DNA of 64,000 bases from an uncultured Acidobacteriota bacterium (GTDB lineage: Bacteria > Acidobacteriota > UBA6911 > RPQK01 > JAPXNP01): positions 36,923 to 100,922 of the forward strand of contig CAVRSV010000016.1 of assembly GCA_963723965.1 (NCBI GenBank). Reading direction: 5' to 3'. Position 1 is the stretch's first letter. Each line of letters opens with the position of its first letter. Made by a program: the position numbers and the translations under genes. This document shows, one piece after another, positions 20,362 through 30,619 of the stretch. The notes beneath the pieces are model-generated. The model searched no databases, had not been told where the DNA came from, and was given only the letters and a program-made list of their open reading frames with translations.

Positions 20362-20642
20362 TCGTCCGTCGCCGCTTCGTCCTCGGCACGCTCGTCGGGC
20401 GGGATCTCAACCGACTCCTCGAGGTACGCCAGGGCTTCCCGGGCGCGGGCTTCGTCACTCCGGCTCACCCGGATTCCCACCGGCCTGTTGACCGGGAATC
20501 CCGCCGCGTAGAGTCTCTGTCCAGTCGTCACGTACTCGATACCGGCGTCCTGCAGGGCAGTCTCGGCCAGCGACAGCGTCGTGAGATTATCGACCTCGAG
20601 TACCTCAACGAAGTCCACGCCATAGTTCTCTGGATCATTCAC
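20358..20642 (-). CDS. Small acidic protein, DUF2007-like (putative signal-transducing protein)
   Basis: 94 aa, two short alpha/beta repeats, acidic tail. Convergent with hyaD. Weak assignment. Confidence 0.35.
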   Translation of the reverse strand: MNDPENYGVDFVEVLEVDNLTTLSLAETALQDAGIEYVTTGQRLYAAGFPVNRPVGIRVSRSDEARAREALAYLEESVEIPPDERAEDEAATDD

Positions 20643-20757
20643 TGCATTCGACTCCTTGGAGGCCGGACCCTCGATCGAGTGGTCGACGATCCTTTACCAC
20701 GGGAGCGCCGCCCCGTCACCGATCGAACCCAGCCTACACGCCGGCCCATGCCTTTGG

Positions 20758-22143
20758 CTAGTCATCGGGGTCCCCTTCATTGCCAGGTGGAGTTTTCCAG
20801 CGGGCTGGAGGCCGAGAGCCGGGCAGCAGCCGCCTGAGAGCCCTCCGGGTCTGACGGGGGATGAACGCGATGATCACGCCGGTGACGATGGTCGTGATGA
20901 TCCCTCCAATCAGGTAGATGATCGAAGCCGATTCTCCCATCACGGATCGGGCAACCCAGAAGATCAGGGCGGCGATCAGCATGGCCGAAAAGGCCAGGAA
21001 GTTGCTGGCGGCCAGGACACGGCCCCGGATCGATTCCCGGCTGTTGTATTGCAGATAGGACTGAAGTGGCACATCGTAGAGTCCGGAGCCGAAACCCGTC
21101 AGGAAAAGGTAGAACAGCACCTCGTAAAAATGACCTCCGCCCCCGGCCCCGCGCGTCACCACGAAGAGCATGACCGAGCTGAGTGCGATGGCCGCCGCAC
21201 CGACCGGAACGATTCCCGGCTCGATGCTGCCGCCCGACCAGAGTCCCGCCACGATGCTGCCGACGGCCACCCCCAGCGCAAGAATCGCCAGGAGATAGCC
21301 CACCTGCTCCTGGGTGATATCGAGGATCGTTGTTCCAAGCAGATACACGTTGACCTGAGCCAGGGCCGCCAGGAACCAGAAGTAGGCGCTCGTCGACGCC
21401 GCCGCGAGCAATTCACGGTCCGAACGCAGTGCTTGCAGGTCCAGAGCGGTCTCCCTGAAGAGATGCCGGGGAGGCCGTCGTGTGGGGTCGGCGGGCGGGC
21501 GCTTGAGAATCAGCAGGCTCGCCGCCCAGCCGAGCAGGGAGGTCCCGATCAGGATCGAAGCCGGGATCCACCAGCGGGCCCGACCCAGGGGAGCCGTCCA
21601 GATGTAGAGCGTATTCCCGAGCACGCTGCCGACCACGGCCGCCAGGACGGTGGCCATCCCGATAACACCATTGGCGCGCGAGATCCCTTCGGGATGCACC
21701 GTTTCCGGGATCGTGCCGGCCCGGGAGGGGCTGAGCAGGGCCCCCTGGGCACCCATGAGAGCCAGGGTCGAGAAGACGAGGACGATATTCTCGAGGAGGA
21801 TGGCCCCTATGCCCACGACCAGAATGGCTGCCTGCAGCAGCATGCAGCCCGCGATGACCTGCCGTTTACTGAAGCGATCGGCCAGGTAGGCGGCGGGAGC
21901 AACCAGCAGGATATAGGGAACGACGAAACCGGCCAGGCCGAGAGTCAGAATGAAGCCCTTGTGCTCCGGACCGATGATCTGGTACCCGATGGGGACGACG
22001 AACCAGCGATAGCTGTTGTCGTTCAGAACCGCGAGGAACTGCACCGAAGACAACCCGAAGAAGCTCCAGGATCCCAGTCCCTGCTGTGGGCAGAGGGAGG
22101 ATCGTGCCGCCTGTTCTGGTTCCCTCGCCACGTGTTCGTCCAT
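20758..22143 (-). CDS. MFS transporter (LplT/lysophospholipid-transporter-like)
   Basis: 461 aa, 12 TM. N-terminal FLAVLNDNSYRWFVVPIGYQ matches the LplT-type MFS motif. Confidence 0.8.
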   Translation of the reverse strand: MDEHVAREPEQAARSSLCPQQGLGSWSFFGLSSVQFLAVLNDNSYRWFVVPIGYQIIGPEHKGFILTLGLAGFVVPYILLVAPAAYLADRFSKRQVIAGCMLLQAAILVVGIGAILLENIVLVFSTLALMGAQGALLSPSRAGTIPETVHPEGISRANGVIGMATVLAAVVGSVLGNTLYIWTAPLGRARWWIPASILIGTSLLGWAASLLILKRPPADPTRRPPRHLFRETALDLQALRSDRELLAAASTSAYFWFLAALAQVNVYLLGTTILDITQEQVGYLLAILALGVAVGSIVAGLWSGGSIEPGIVPVGAAAIALSSVMLFVVTRGAGGGGHFYEVLFYLFLTGFGSGLYDVPLQSYLQYNSRESIRGRVLAASNFLAFSAMLIAALIFWVARSVMGESASIIYLIGGIITTIVTGVIIAFIPRQTRRALRRLLPGSRPPARWKTPPGNEGDPDD

Positions 22144-22189
22144 CTCGGAGGCCCCGTCCTCTCCGATAGCTTATCCGACTGGCGCGACC

Positions 22190-22640
22190 GAAGGCGGGGC
22201 AACCTCAGGGCGCCTACAGTTTCGAGTTTCGGGTTTCGAGTTTCGAGGGCGTGTTGCCCAAATCCTCCCGAGGTGGTCACAATCGTGCCACCCGGTCGTC
22301 GAGACCTGCCGAACCGATTCCACGCAAAGACGCAGAGTACGCCAAGCCGCCGCCCCCAGAGAATTCCTTTGCGGTGTTGCGTGAGATCAAGCCACCGAAA
22401 CCTCGCTCCGAGGGGGACGTACGCACTGATCCGAGGCAACGGCCATCCGGGCAACACCCCCCGAAACTCGAAACCAGGAACCCGAAACTCGGAACCCGTT
22501 CTCCCGACCTGAAACCCGAAACGCCAAAGGACCAACGCCGAAGGGAAATGTGCGAAGCGCCAGCTCGAAACTCGGAACCGGGAACTCGGAATCAACTGGG
22601 CACTTTCCCGTTTGACATCGCAAACCGATTCCCACATTGT
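22190..22640. repeat. Family-B MITE-like element copy 2 (TIRs 22244-22262 and 22443-22462; core has an internal deletion) flanked by CGAAACT-type 7-mer micro-tandems
   Basis: gggcgtgttgcccaaat ... gagaattcctttgcggtgttgcgtgagatcaagccaccga ... gggcaacacccccc, with gtttcgagtttcgggtttcgag arrays on both sides. Confidence 0.65.
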
Positions 22641-22666
22641 CTTTCCTAATCGACGAGGGGGGAAAC

Positions 22667-24082
22667 ATGCGCATTCGATTCGGACTTTTGGTTCTGCTCT
22701 TGTCCGCCTGGGGGGGATGTCAACAGGCCGTTGTGGAAACCACGGAGTCGCTGCCGAACTTCGTGATCATCTTCGCCGACGATCTGGGCTACGGCGATCT
22801 GGATATCTACGGCCACTCGACGATCCGCACCCCGCGGCTCGACCGAATGGCGGAGGAGGGGCAGAAGTGGACCCAGTTCTATGTGGGCGCTCCTCTGTGT
22901 ACTCCCTCTCGCGCGGCCCTGCTGACGGGAAGACTACCGATTCGAAGCGGCATGTGCTCGGACCAGCGGGGAGTGCTGTTTCCGGATTCGGGCGGCGGGC
23001 TCCCGGCCAACGAAGTGACCCTCGCGGAGGCGCTGAAGTCCAAGGGGTATGCGACGGCCTGTATCGGTAAATGGCACCTGGGACATCTGCCGCAGTTCCT
23101 TCCGACCCACAACGGTTTCGACTACTATTTCGGCATTCCCTACTCGAACGACATGGACCGGACGGCCGACTCTCCCGCCGGCATGGCGGCATTTCTGGAT
23201 CCGAAGGTGGAGTACTGGAACGTGCCCCTGATGCGCAACGAAGAGATCATCGAGCGGCCCGCCGAACAGCACACCATCACGAAGCGCTACACGGAGGAGG
23301 CCTGCAACTTCATCCGCAGCCATGGGGACGGACCCTTCTTCGTCTACCTGGCCCATAACCTGCCGCACGTACCCCTGTTCGCCTCCCAAGATTTCAGCGA
23401 GACGAGCCTGCGCGGTCTCTACGGCGATGTCGTCCAGGAGATCGACTGGAGCGTGGGCCAGGTCCTGGACACGCTGACAGCGGAGCACCTGGAGAGGAAC
23501 ACGGTGGTGCTGTTCACGAGCGACAACGGTCCCTGGTTGACCTATGACGAGCAGGGCGGTTCGGCCGGACTGTTGCGGGGCGGGAAGGGAAGCACTTGGG
23601 AAGGAGGGATGCGCGAACCTACGATCTTCTGGGGGCCCGGACTCGTGAAGCCCGGCGTCGTGATGGGCCTGGGCGCCACCATGGATGTTCTGCCGACCTT
23701 TCTGAACCTGGCGGGAGTCGATCTCCCGGCCGACCGTGTCCTGGACGGCTCCGATCTGTCCCGGACTCTTCGCGAGGGCGCGCCTTCTCCCCGGCGGGTC
23801 GTTTTCTACTATCGGGGAACGGAGATCTGGGCGGCGCGGCAGGGGCCCTTCAAGGCGCATTTCAAGACCCGGTCGGGCTTCGGGACCGATCCGGCCGTGG
23901 TCCACGACCCTCCGCTCCTCTTCCATCTCGAGCACGATCCCTCCGAGAAGTACGATGTCGCCGACCAGTACCCGGAGGTCATCGAGCAGATCAGGCAGGC
24001 GGTTGACGAACAGCGCCGGAGCGTCCAGCCCGTCCCGGATCAACTGGCCATCCCGTTGCCCGCCGCGGCTGAGGGTAGCTGA
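22667..24082 (+). CDS. Arylsulfatase (Cys-type, formylglycine-dependent sulfatase), lipoprotein-type signal peptide
   Basis: Sulfatase signature C-T-P-S-R-AALLTGR and GKWHLG. Signal LLVLLLSAWGGC. RBS GAGGGGGGAAAC before ATG 22667. Confidence 0.9.
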   Translation: MRIRFGLLVLLLSAWGGCQQAVVETTESLPNFVIIFADDLGYGDLDIYGHSTIRTPRLDRMAEEGQKWTQFYVGAPLCTPSRAALLTGRLPIRSGMCSDQRGVLFPDSGGGLPANEVTLAEALKSKGYATACIGKWHLGHLPQFLPTHNGFDYYFGIPYSNDMDRTADSPAGMAAFLDPKVEYWNVPLMRNEEIIERPAEQHTITKRYTEEACNFIRSHGDGPFFVYLAHNLPHVPLFASQDFSETSLRGLYGDVVQEIDWSVGQVLDTLTAEHLERNTVVLFTSDNGPWLTYDEQGGSAGLLRGGKGSTWEGGMREPTIFWGPGLVKPGVVMGLGATMDVLPTFLNLAGVDLPADRVLDGSDLSRTLREGAPSPRRVVFYYRGTEIWAARQGPFKAHFKTRSGFGTDPAVVHDPPLLFHLEHDPSEKYDVADQYPEVIEQIRQAVDEQRRSVQPVPDQLAIPLPAAAEGS

Positions 24083-24086
24083 AGTC

Positions 24087-25404
24087 ATGACCAGGCAACG
24101 ACTCGATTCCGACCCTGCGCTTCCCAGAAAGCCCATCGACCGGTTGCTGCGGCCGCTGGAACGCTTCCTCCATGTGGAAGCCGCCAGTGGAGTGGTGCTG
24201 CTCCTCTGCACCGTTCTCGCTCTGGCCCTGGCCAATTCGCCGCTGGGCGATTCCTATGAAGCGATCTGGCAGACCAAGATCGGCTTTCAGCTGGGTGATT
24301 TCCAGATGGTGCACAAGCTGCGCCACTGGATCAACGACGGCCTGATGGTGATCTTCTTCTTCGTCATCGGCCTCGAGGTCAAACGCGAACTGGTGCAGGG
24401 GGAGCTTCGCGAACTGCGCCGCTCGACGCTGCCCCTATTGGCCGCCCTCGGAGGGATGGTCGTGCCGGCTGCGATCTTTCTCGGGCTGCAGGCCGGGACG
24501 CCCGCAGCGGCGGGGTGGGGCATCCCCATGGCGACCGACATCGCCTTCGTTGTGGGCTGCATGGCTTTGCTGGGTTCCCGGGTTCCACATGGATTGCGGG
24601 TCCTGATTCTCACCCTCGCCATCGCAGACGACATCGGCGCCATTCTCGTCATCGCCGTCGGCTACACCGAGGAGCTGCTGTTCGGAATTTTGATCGTCGG
24701 TCTCCTGCTGACGGCGTGCGTTCTGCTGTTCGAGCGTCTCGGAGTTCGGAGCATGACGGTCTACGCGCTGCTCGGACTCGGGATCTGGTACTGCTTCCAC
24801 GAATCGGGAGTTCACGCCACGATTGCCGGCGTGATCCTGGGACTGCTGACCCCAGCCGAGGCCTATCTGGACACCTCCGTTCTCGGGCAGTTCCTGAAGA
24901 AAGTGGGTGGCAGTTTTTCACGGAGAAGAGGATGCGCCGCTCAACAAAGTGGGACGGGTGAAGGCCGTGCGGCAGTTGAGCCGGGAGGCGGTCTCCCCTC
25001 TGAGCTACCTCGAGGACGCGCTCCATCCCTGGGTCGGCTTCGTGATCATGCCGGTCTTCGCCCTGGCCAACGCCGGCGTCGAATTCAGTGCGGGGGATCT
25101 GGCCAGTCCGGTGGCGCTCGCGGTGGCACTGGGCCTTCTGCTCGGCAAACCGGTCGGCATCGTTCTCTTCAGCTGGGTTGCCGTTCGCGCCGGAATTGCG
25201 GCCCTGCCCTCCGGTGTCAACTGGCGAATCCTGACCGGGGGGGCCTTGTTGGCCGGGATCGGCTTTACCATGGCCCTGTTCATCGCGGGCCTCGCTCTGG
25301 AAGGCGATCTGCTCTCCGCGTCCAAGGTCGGAATCCTGGTTGGCTCGGCCGTCTCCGCCATGGGCGGAATGCTCATCCTGACCCGGAGCCTGAGTGCTCG
25401 CTAG
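24087..25404 (+). pseudogene. nhaA: Na+/H+ antiporter NhaA interrupted by a frameshift near 24896-24925 (T5 run)
   Basis: Frame 0 from ATG 24087 is NhaA-like up to ...GVILGLLTP. The conserved continuation ...SPLSYLEDALHPWVGFVIMPVFALANAGVEF... to the C-terminus is in frame +1 (ORF 24907..25404). The shift lies at cagtttttcac. Confidence 0.7.
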
Positions 25405-27008
25405 AACTTCGCGAAGAAGTCGTTTCCCTTGTCGTCCACCAGGATGAAGGCCGGGAAATCCTCGACTTCGATCTTCCAGATCGCTTCCATCCCCAGCTCC
25501 GGATAGTCGAGGACCTCGACGCTGCGGATCGAATCCCGGGCCAGAATCGCGGCGGGACCTCCGATGCTTCCCAGGTAGAAGCCGCCGTGGCTACGGCAGG
25601 CATCGGTCACCACCTGAGAGCGGTTTCCCTTGGCGATCATGACCATGGAGCCTCCATGGGACTGGAAGAGGTCCACATAGGGATCCATGCGCCCGGCCGT
25701 CGTCGGTCCGAAGGAGCCGGACGGCATTCCCGGCGGGGTCTTGGCCGGGCCGGCGTAATAGACCGGGTGGCGCTTGAAGTAATCGGGCAGATCTTCTCCG
25801 CGGTCCAGACGCTCCTTCAGACGGGCGTGGGCGATATCGCGAGCCACCACCATCGTTCCCTTCAGGGAAAGGCGCGTGGCCACGGGATAACGGGTCAGCT
25901 GCGCCAGAATCTCAGGCATGGGCCGGTTGAGGTCCACGGTCACCGGTTCGCCCGCTTCCTCGGCCGTCGCTTCGAGGAGCCAACGCTCCGGGTTCTCGTC
26001 CAGCTGTTCGATCCAGAGACCCTGCCGGTTGATCTTGGCTTTGACGTTGCGGTCGGCCGAGCAGGAGACGCCCATTCCGACGGGACAGGAGGCACCGTGG
26101 CGGGGAAGGCGGACTACCCGGATGTCGTGGGCGAAGTACCTGCCCCCGAACTGGGCCCCAATGCCGCTCGCTCGCGCCGCCTCCAGCAGACGGGATTCCA
26201 GGTCGTGGTCGCGAAAGGCACGGCCCAGCTCGTTGCCGCTGGCCGGCAGCGCGTCGAGGTAACCGGTGGAGGCCAGTTTGACGGTCTTCAAGCAGGCTTC
26301 GGCGCTGGTCCCTCCGATGACGAAGGCGACATGATAGGGAGGGCAGGCCGCCGTGCCCAGCGTCTTCATCTTCTCCACCAGGAACCGTTCCAGGCTCTCC
26401 GGGTTGAGGAGCGCCTTGGTCTGCTGGAACAGGTAGGTCTTATTGGCGGAACCGCCGCCCTTGGCGATGAACAGGAAATGGTATTCACCTCCGGTCGCGG
26501 CGTAGACATCGATCTGCGCCGGAAGATTGGTGCCCGAGTTCTTTTCCTCGTACAGGCTGAGGGGGACGGTCTGGGAATAACGCAGGTTTTCACCCGTGTA
26601 GGCCTCGAACACGCCGCGGCTGAGGGCTTCCCGATCGTCGCCTCCGGTCAGGACGTACTGCCCCTTCTTGGCGGAGATCGTGGCCGTTCCCGTGTCCTGG
26701 CAGAAGGGAAGCTGCCGCCCCGCGGACACGACGGCGTTCTTCAGCAGAGTCCGCGCCACGAAACGGTCGTTGTCGGATGCCTCCGGGTCCGAGAGGATCG
26801 CCGCCACCTTGGCGTTGTGGCTGGGGCGAAGGAAAAACGACACGTAGCGAAAGGCCTCGCGGGCCAGAAACGTGAGCCCCTCCGGCTCGACCTGCAGGAA
26901 TTCGGCGCCGGCGCCGCTGACGGTGCTGACGAACCGGTCGGTCAGGAATTTGTACTGAGTCTCGTCGCTTTCGAGGGGGAAGGGATCCTGATACTGGAAC
27001 GTGGCCAT
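25401..27008 (-). CDS. fumA: Class I fumarate hydratase (single-chain Fe-S hydro-lyase, FumA/FumB type)
   Basis: About 535 aa. [24 protein letters not shown]...[10 protein letters not shown]...[25 protein letters not shown] before ATG 27008 (ORF track start uses TTG). Confidence 0.9.
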   Translation of the reverse strand: MATFQYQDPFPLESDETQYKFLTDRFVSTVSGAGAEFLQVEPEGLTFLAREAFRYVSFFLRPSHNAKVAAILSDPEASDNDRFVARTLLKNAVVSAGRQLPFCQDTGTATISAKKGQYVLTGGDDREALSRGVFEAYTGENLRYSQTVPLSLYEEKNSGTNLPAQIDVYAATGGEYHFLFIAKGGGSANKTYLFQQTKALLNPESLERFLVEKMKTLGTAACPPYHVAFVIGGTSAEACLKTVKLASTGYLDALPASGNELGRAFRDHDLESRLLEAARASGIGAQFGGRYFAHDIRVVRLPRHGASCPVGMGVSCSADRNVKAKINRQGLWIEQLDENPERWLLEATAEEAGEPVTVDLNRPMPEILAQLTRYPVATRLSLKGTMVVARDIAHARLKERLDRGEDLPDYFKRHPVYYAGPAKTPPGMPSGSFGPTTAGRMDPYVDLFQSHGGSMVMIAKGNRSQVVTDACRSHGGFYLGSIGGPAAILARDSIRSVEVLDYPELGMEAIWKIEVEDFPAFILVDDKGNDFFAKF

Positions 27009-27099
27009 TTCGTATCCTCTCAATCTGCAGGTTCAAGTCCAGATCCAATCTTCGACCCGACAGCCCACGGATGCAAGTCCGCAACGGTGTTCCGGACTT

Positions 27100-27620
27100 C
27101 CGAGGCTCCGCCCCCCGCTTCACCCTTTGAGCGGCTGTCTCCACCGACGCCGCAGGCGTCCCTGGAGTGCGGAAGCTCGCTTCCGCTTTCGATTCGCCCG
27201 GCGCAGCGCATACCGGCTCGCACAGCCGGGCCGCCGAGCCATCCCCGCCGAAACCCGGGGAGCACCCGCAAGCCGAGGCCTCTCCGAAGAAAGCGGCAGC
27301 AAGCTGCCGCAGTCCAAGGCGGCTTCGCCGCGGTGCCGGAGCAGCTCAGTCCGAAGCGGCTCGGCCGCACTCTTCCTCCTCCGACGCCGCAGGCGTCCTT
27401 GGAGCGCGGAAGCTTGCTTCCGCTTTCGATTCGCCCGGCGCACGCATACCGGCTCGCACAGCCGAGCCGCCGAGCCATCCCCGCCGAAGCCCGGGGAGCA
27501 CCCGCAAACCGAGGCCTCTCCGGAGAAAGCGGTAGCAAGCTACCGCAGTCCAAAGCGGCTGCGCCGCGGTGGCGGAGCAGCTCCATCCAGACCGGCCGCG
27601 CTGCAACCGGAAATGTCGGG
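27100..27620. repeat. Family-C multi-hairpin repeat, two tandem about 230-bp units
   Basis: Units 27120-27350 and 27350-27600 are about 90% identical. Each carries hairpins GCGGAAGC-tc-GCTTCCGC and GCGGCAGC-aa-GCTGCCGC. Also present at 36.7-36.96 kb and 48.65-49.0 kb. Confidence 0.8.
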
Positions 27621-27639
27621 CACGGGGCATTCGATACCG

Positions 27640-27955
27640 GCTGAATTCCGCTCTCCCCGGAACCTCGGAACCCGGAACCTCGGAACCCGGGGGCGTGTTG
27701 CCCAAATGGCTGCGGCCTCCGATCGGCGTGCCCCCACTGGAGTGAGGTCTCGGCAGCCTGATCTCACGCGAAGCCGCGAAGTACGCCACGCCGCAAGGAG
27801 ATTCTTTGTGGGTGGCGGCTTGGCGTCCTTCTTTGCGCCGTTGCGTGGAACCAACCCGCCGTGCATTCGCCTGCCTGGCAGCGTCCGATCCAGCGAAACC
27901 CTTCCTTTTTGGGCAACACGCCCCCGGAACGCGGAACCCGAAACCGCGGGCGCCC
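27640..27955 (-). repeat. Family-B MITE-like element copy 3 (inverted orientation; TIRs 27690-27710 / 27903-27922) with GGAACC(T/C)CG micro-tandems
   Basis: gggggcgtgttgcccaaatgg ... reverse complement of the core ... tttgggcaacacgcccccgg. ggaacctcggaacccggaacctcggaaccc on the left flank. Confidence 0.7.
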
Positions 27956-28494
27956 TACTTGCGCTCGTCGTCCAACTTGCGCAGCTGGCGCAGGATCGAC
28001 AGCAGCGTCGGCTTTTCCTTCATCTGCTCCCGCAACCGCCCCATGACGGCTTCGGGGCTCCACTGATCGGCGGCCTCCTCGATCAGCTGCATGCGCCGCT
28101 GGTCGGTGCTGAATTTCTTGCGCAGGCGGACTGCATAGGCGTCCATGAGCACCTCGAGCAGCTTGTCCATCTCGCAGGGCTTGGACAGATATCCGTAGGC
28201 GCCGAGTTTGGTGCACTCCACCGCCGAGTCGATCGAGCCGTGGCCCGTCAGGATGATGACTTCCAGAAAATCGTGCTCCTGTTTGAGGATCCGCAGCACT
28301 TCCCGGCCGTCCATTCCAGGCATCTTGAGATCCAGGAGTGCCAGATCGAATTTTCCGGTACGGGCGGCCTCGATGGCGGCGGCGCCGCTGGAAGCCTTCG
28401 TCACAGCGAAATCCCTCAATTCCAGGCGTTTGCTGATGGAATCGAGGAACTTCAGTTCGTCGTCGACGATCAGCAGCTTGATTCTTTCCGTCAT
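27955..28494 (-). CDS. Response regulator, receiver domain plus short C-terminal helical tail (no DNA-binding domain)
   Basis: MTERIKLLIVDDE...DLALLDLKMPGMDG...IILTGHGS. Start placed at the internal ATG 28494. Confidence 0.8.
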   Translation of the reverse strand: MTERIKLLIVDDELKFLDSISKRLELRDFAVTKASSGAAAIEAARTGKFDLALLDLKMPGMDGREVLRILKQEHDFLEVIILTGHGSIDSAVECTKLGAYGYLSKPCEMDKLLEVLMDAYAVRLRKKFSTDQRRMQLIEEAADQWSPEAVMGRLREQMKEKPTLLSILRQLRKLDDERK

Positions 28495-28513
28495 TTCCAG
28501 GGTCTCCCGAAGG

Positions 28514-30544
28514 TTAGAAACCGATCCATTGCCAGTAGCCGTAGAACACCCAGATCCAGAGGACGAGGAACGAGAGGACCAGCATGGCCGCTCCGTGTTT
28601 GAGAAAGTCCCCCAGTGTGACCAGTTGCTCGCCCGTGACGGGATCCTTGCAGAGAGCGTAGGCGATCGCGTTGTTCGGAGTCCCGATGACCAACATGTGG
28701 GCAAAGGACGAGGCGAAGGCCGTGGCCAGACCGACCATCCAGGGATGGGTCTGGGTAATGGTCGCCATGGGGATCGTGATCGGTCCGATCGCCGAGACCG
28801 TGGCCCCGTCGCTCATGAAGTTGGTCGTCAGACCGGTGAACAGGCTGGTGGCCATGGCCAAACCCGTGCCGCTCTGCATGAAGGCCGGCAGAATTCCTAC
28901 GAACCAGTCGGCCAGGTAGAGGGCGGCTCCGGTCACGGCAAGACCCTTGCCCAGGGCGGCGGCACTGGCGTAGAGAAAGACGACGTCCCAGGGAATGGCG
29001 ACGATGTCCCTCCACCTCAACACTCGCAGTATGTTGAGCATCACGATGCAGAGAATCGCCGGTCCACCCATGCCGTACCGGTCGCTGACCGTGACCCACA
29101 GAACCACCAGCAGGATGAGGACGGGGGTGGCCCGGATCTCCAGACTGTTCATCGGGCCGATGCGCTCGGCCGCCTCGCGCACGATGGCCGACACGTTCAG
29201 GTTGCGCACGCGCAGCTTCCGTCGGAAGGCCAGGTAGAAGTATCCCCCCGCCACCAGCGCCATGACCGGAACGAATGGCAGTCCGTAGGCTACCCACTGC
29301 CCGAACGTGGGAGCCATGCCGTAGTCGCTCAGAATGGCCAGCATGACCGCGTTCCGACCGCCTGCAGCGGGCGAGCCGGGACCGCCCGAATTGCCGACGA
29401 AGCAGAGCATGAGGGCGAACAGCACCGCGAGGTGTCGGTCCTCGGAGACCCTCGAATGCCGGAGCGACGAGGCGTAGACCATCATGAACAGCGGCATCAT
29501 GAAGGCGACCAGGGCATGCTCGGAAATGAACGAGCAGGCCACGGCAAACATGGGCAGGAACAGGAAGAGCACCATGTTGAGCGACTTCACGGGCCCCAGC
29601 AGCAGAACCCCGATCCGGCGGTCGAGTCCCGTCTTGGTCATGGCCCGTGCAATCGCCAGCACGCCGAAGATGAAGATCACGGCATCTTTGGCGTAGGCGG
29701 CCGCTACCTCGTCCGGCTGCAACACGCCGAGGAAATACATCGAGACTCCGACCAGCAGGGCCGTAATGCCGATCGGGATGGCTCCCGTCGCCCAGAACAG
29801 GGCGGCTACGAGCAGGGTGGCCAGCATGACCTGGGCCCGATAGGCCGACTGGTGGGGCGTCATGGAGTACCGCGCCCTTTGCCCCTCGCTGGCCGGCGTG
29901 AGGGTTCCCACCTTGTACTTCTGGCTGTAGAAATCGGCAATGTTCTGCCCCGGAGCCATGCTCCGGTAATCGGCGTAGCCGTGGCTGAGGTCGGTGACGT
30001 TGCCTGTCTTGGGGGTCCCGACCAGCTGGAGGAGCCGCGCCGGTGCGGGCACCAACACGACGACGAGAAACAGGAGCAAACCGAGGATGATCACGCCGGG
30101 CCGGCTGTTGTGGGAGCCGACCAGCCAGGTCCGCAGCGACCGGGCCAGGTGGGGAATCTCATGCCGGGCCATGGCATGGAGCTTGGCTTCCCGGGCCGCG
30201 TCGATGGTCTGCACCAGCGTCCCGATATCGCAGGGCTTTTCCAGATAGGCGAAGGCGTCGTGCCGGCCCGTTTCCATGGCCGACTCGAGGCTGCCGTGGC
30301 CGGTCAGCATGATGACCTGGACGGCGGGCCGATAGTTCTTGAGTTCCTTGAGGACCTCGTCTCCGGTCATCCCCGGCATCTTGAGATCGAGCACGACCAC
30401 CTCGATCTCGGGATCGTTGCGGGCGATTCGGATCGCCTCTTCGCCGCTGTCCACGTCGAGGGTGTCATAGTTCCTGAGTCTGAGCCGCTTTGCCAGAGAC
30501 TGGCGGAAACCCGTCTCATCGTCGACCAAGAGTACTTTCCCCAT
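28514..30544 (-). CDS. Receiver (REC) domain fused to an ArsB/NhaD-superfamily (SLC13/DASS-like) anion permease
   Basis: N-terminus MGKVLLVDDETGF...VVLDLKMPGMTGDE...IMLTGHGS is a REC domain with the phospho-acceptor Asp context. It is followed by about 500 aa with more than 10 TM helices and glycine-rich hairpin loops (GNSGGPGSPAAGGRNA). Confidence 0.75.
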   Translation of the reverse strand: MGKVLLVDDETGFRQSLAKRLRLRNYDTLDVDSGEEAIRIARNDPEIEVVVLDLKMPGMTGDEVLKELKNYRPAVQVIMLTGHGSLESAMETGRHDAFAYLEKPCDIGTLVQTIDAAREAKLHAMARHEIPHLARSLRTWLVGSHNSRPGVIILGLLLFLVVVLVPAPARLLQLVGTPKTGNVTDLSHGYADYRSMAPGQNIADFYSQKYKVGTLTPASEGQRARYSMTPHQSAYRAQVMLATLLVAALFWATGAIPIGITALLVGVSMYFLGVLQPDEVAAAYAKDAVIFIFGVLAIARAMTKTGLDRRIGVLLLGPVKSLNMVLFLFLPMFAVACSFISEHALVAFMMPLFMMVYASSLRHSRVSEDRHLAVLFALMLCFVGNSGGPGSPAAGGRNAVMLAILSDYGMAPTFGQWVAYGLPFVPVMALVAGGYFYLAFRRKLRVRNLNVSAIVREAAERIGPMNSLEIRATPVLILLVVLWVTVSDRYGMGGPAILCIVMLNILRVLRWRDIVAIPWDVVFLYASAAALGKGLAVTGAALYLADWFVGILPAFMQSGTGLAMATSLFTGLTTNFMSDGATVSAIGPITIPMATITQTHPWMVGLATAFASSFAHMLVIGTPNNAIAYALCKDPVTGEQLVTLGDFLKHGAAMLVLSFLVLWIWVFYGYWQWIGF

Positions 30545-30619
30545 AGCCTCGCTACCCGATCCGCAGGGGCCGCCGGCTCGACCGGCCGCCGCCGTGTCCA
30601 TTTCCGATGTGAAGGAACT

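Noticed and set aside
20656-22512. 618-aa plus-strand ORF
   Set aside because: Antisense to the MFS transporter and continues into the repeat. Low-complexity R/G/D-rich product.
22190-22640. Possible CRISPR array (repeated short units with intervening sequence)
   Set aside because: Units are 7-mers in direct tandem without unique spacers of regular length. The larger B/C repeats are more than 150 bp and lack the repeat-spacer periodicity. No cas genes in the window.
23736-27644. 1302-aa plus-strand ORF
   Set aside because: High-GC read-through artefact. Only its 24087-24900 portion is NhaA-like. The rest is antisense to the fumarase gene and the repeat region, with non-protein-like low-complexity translation.
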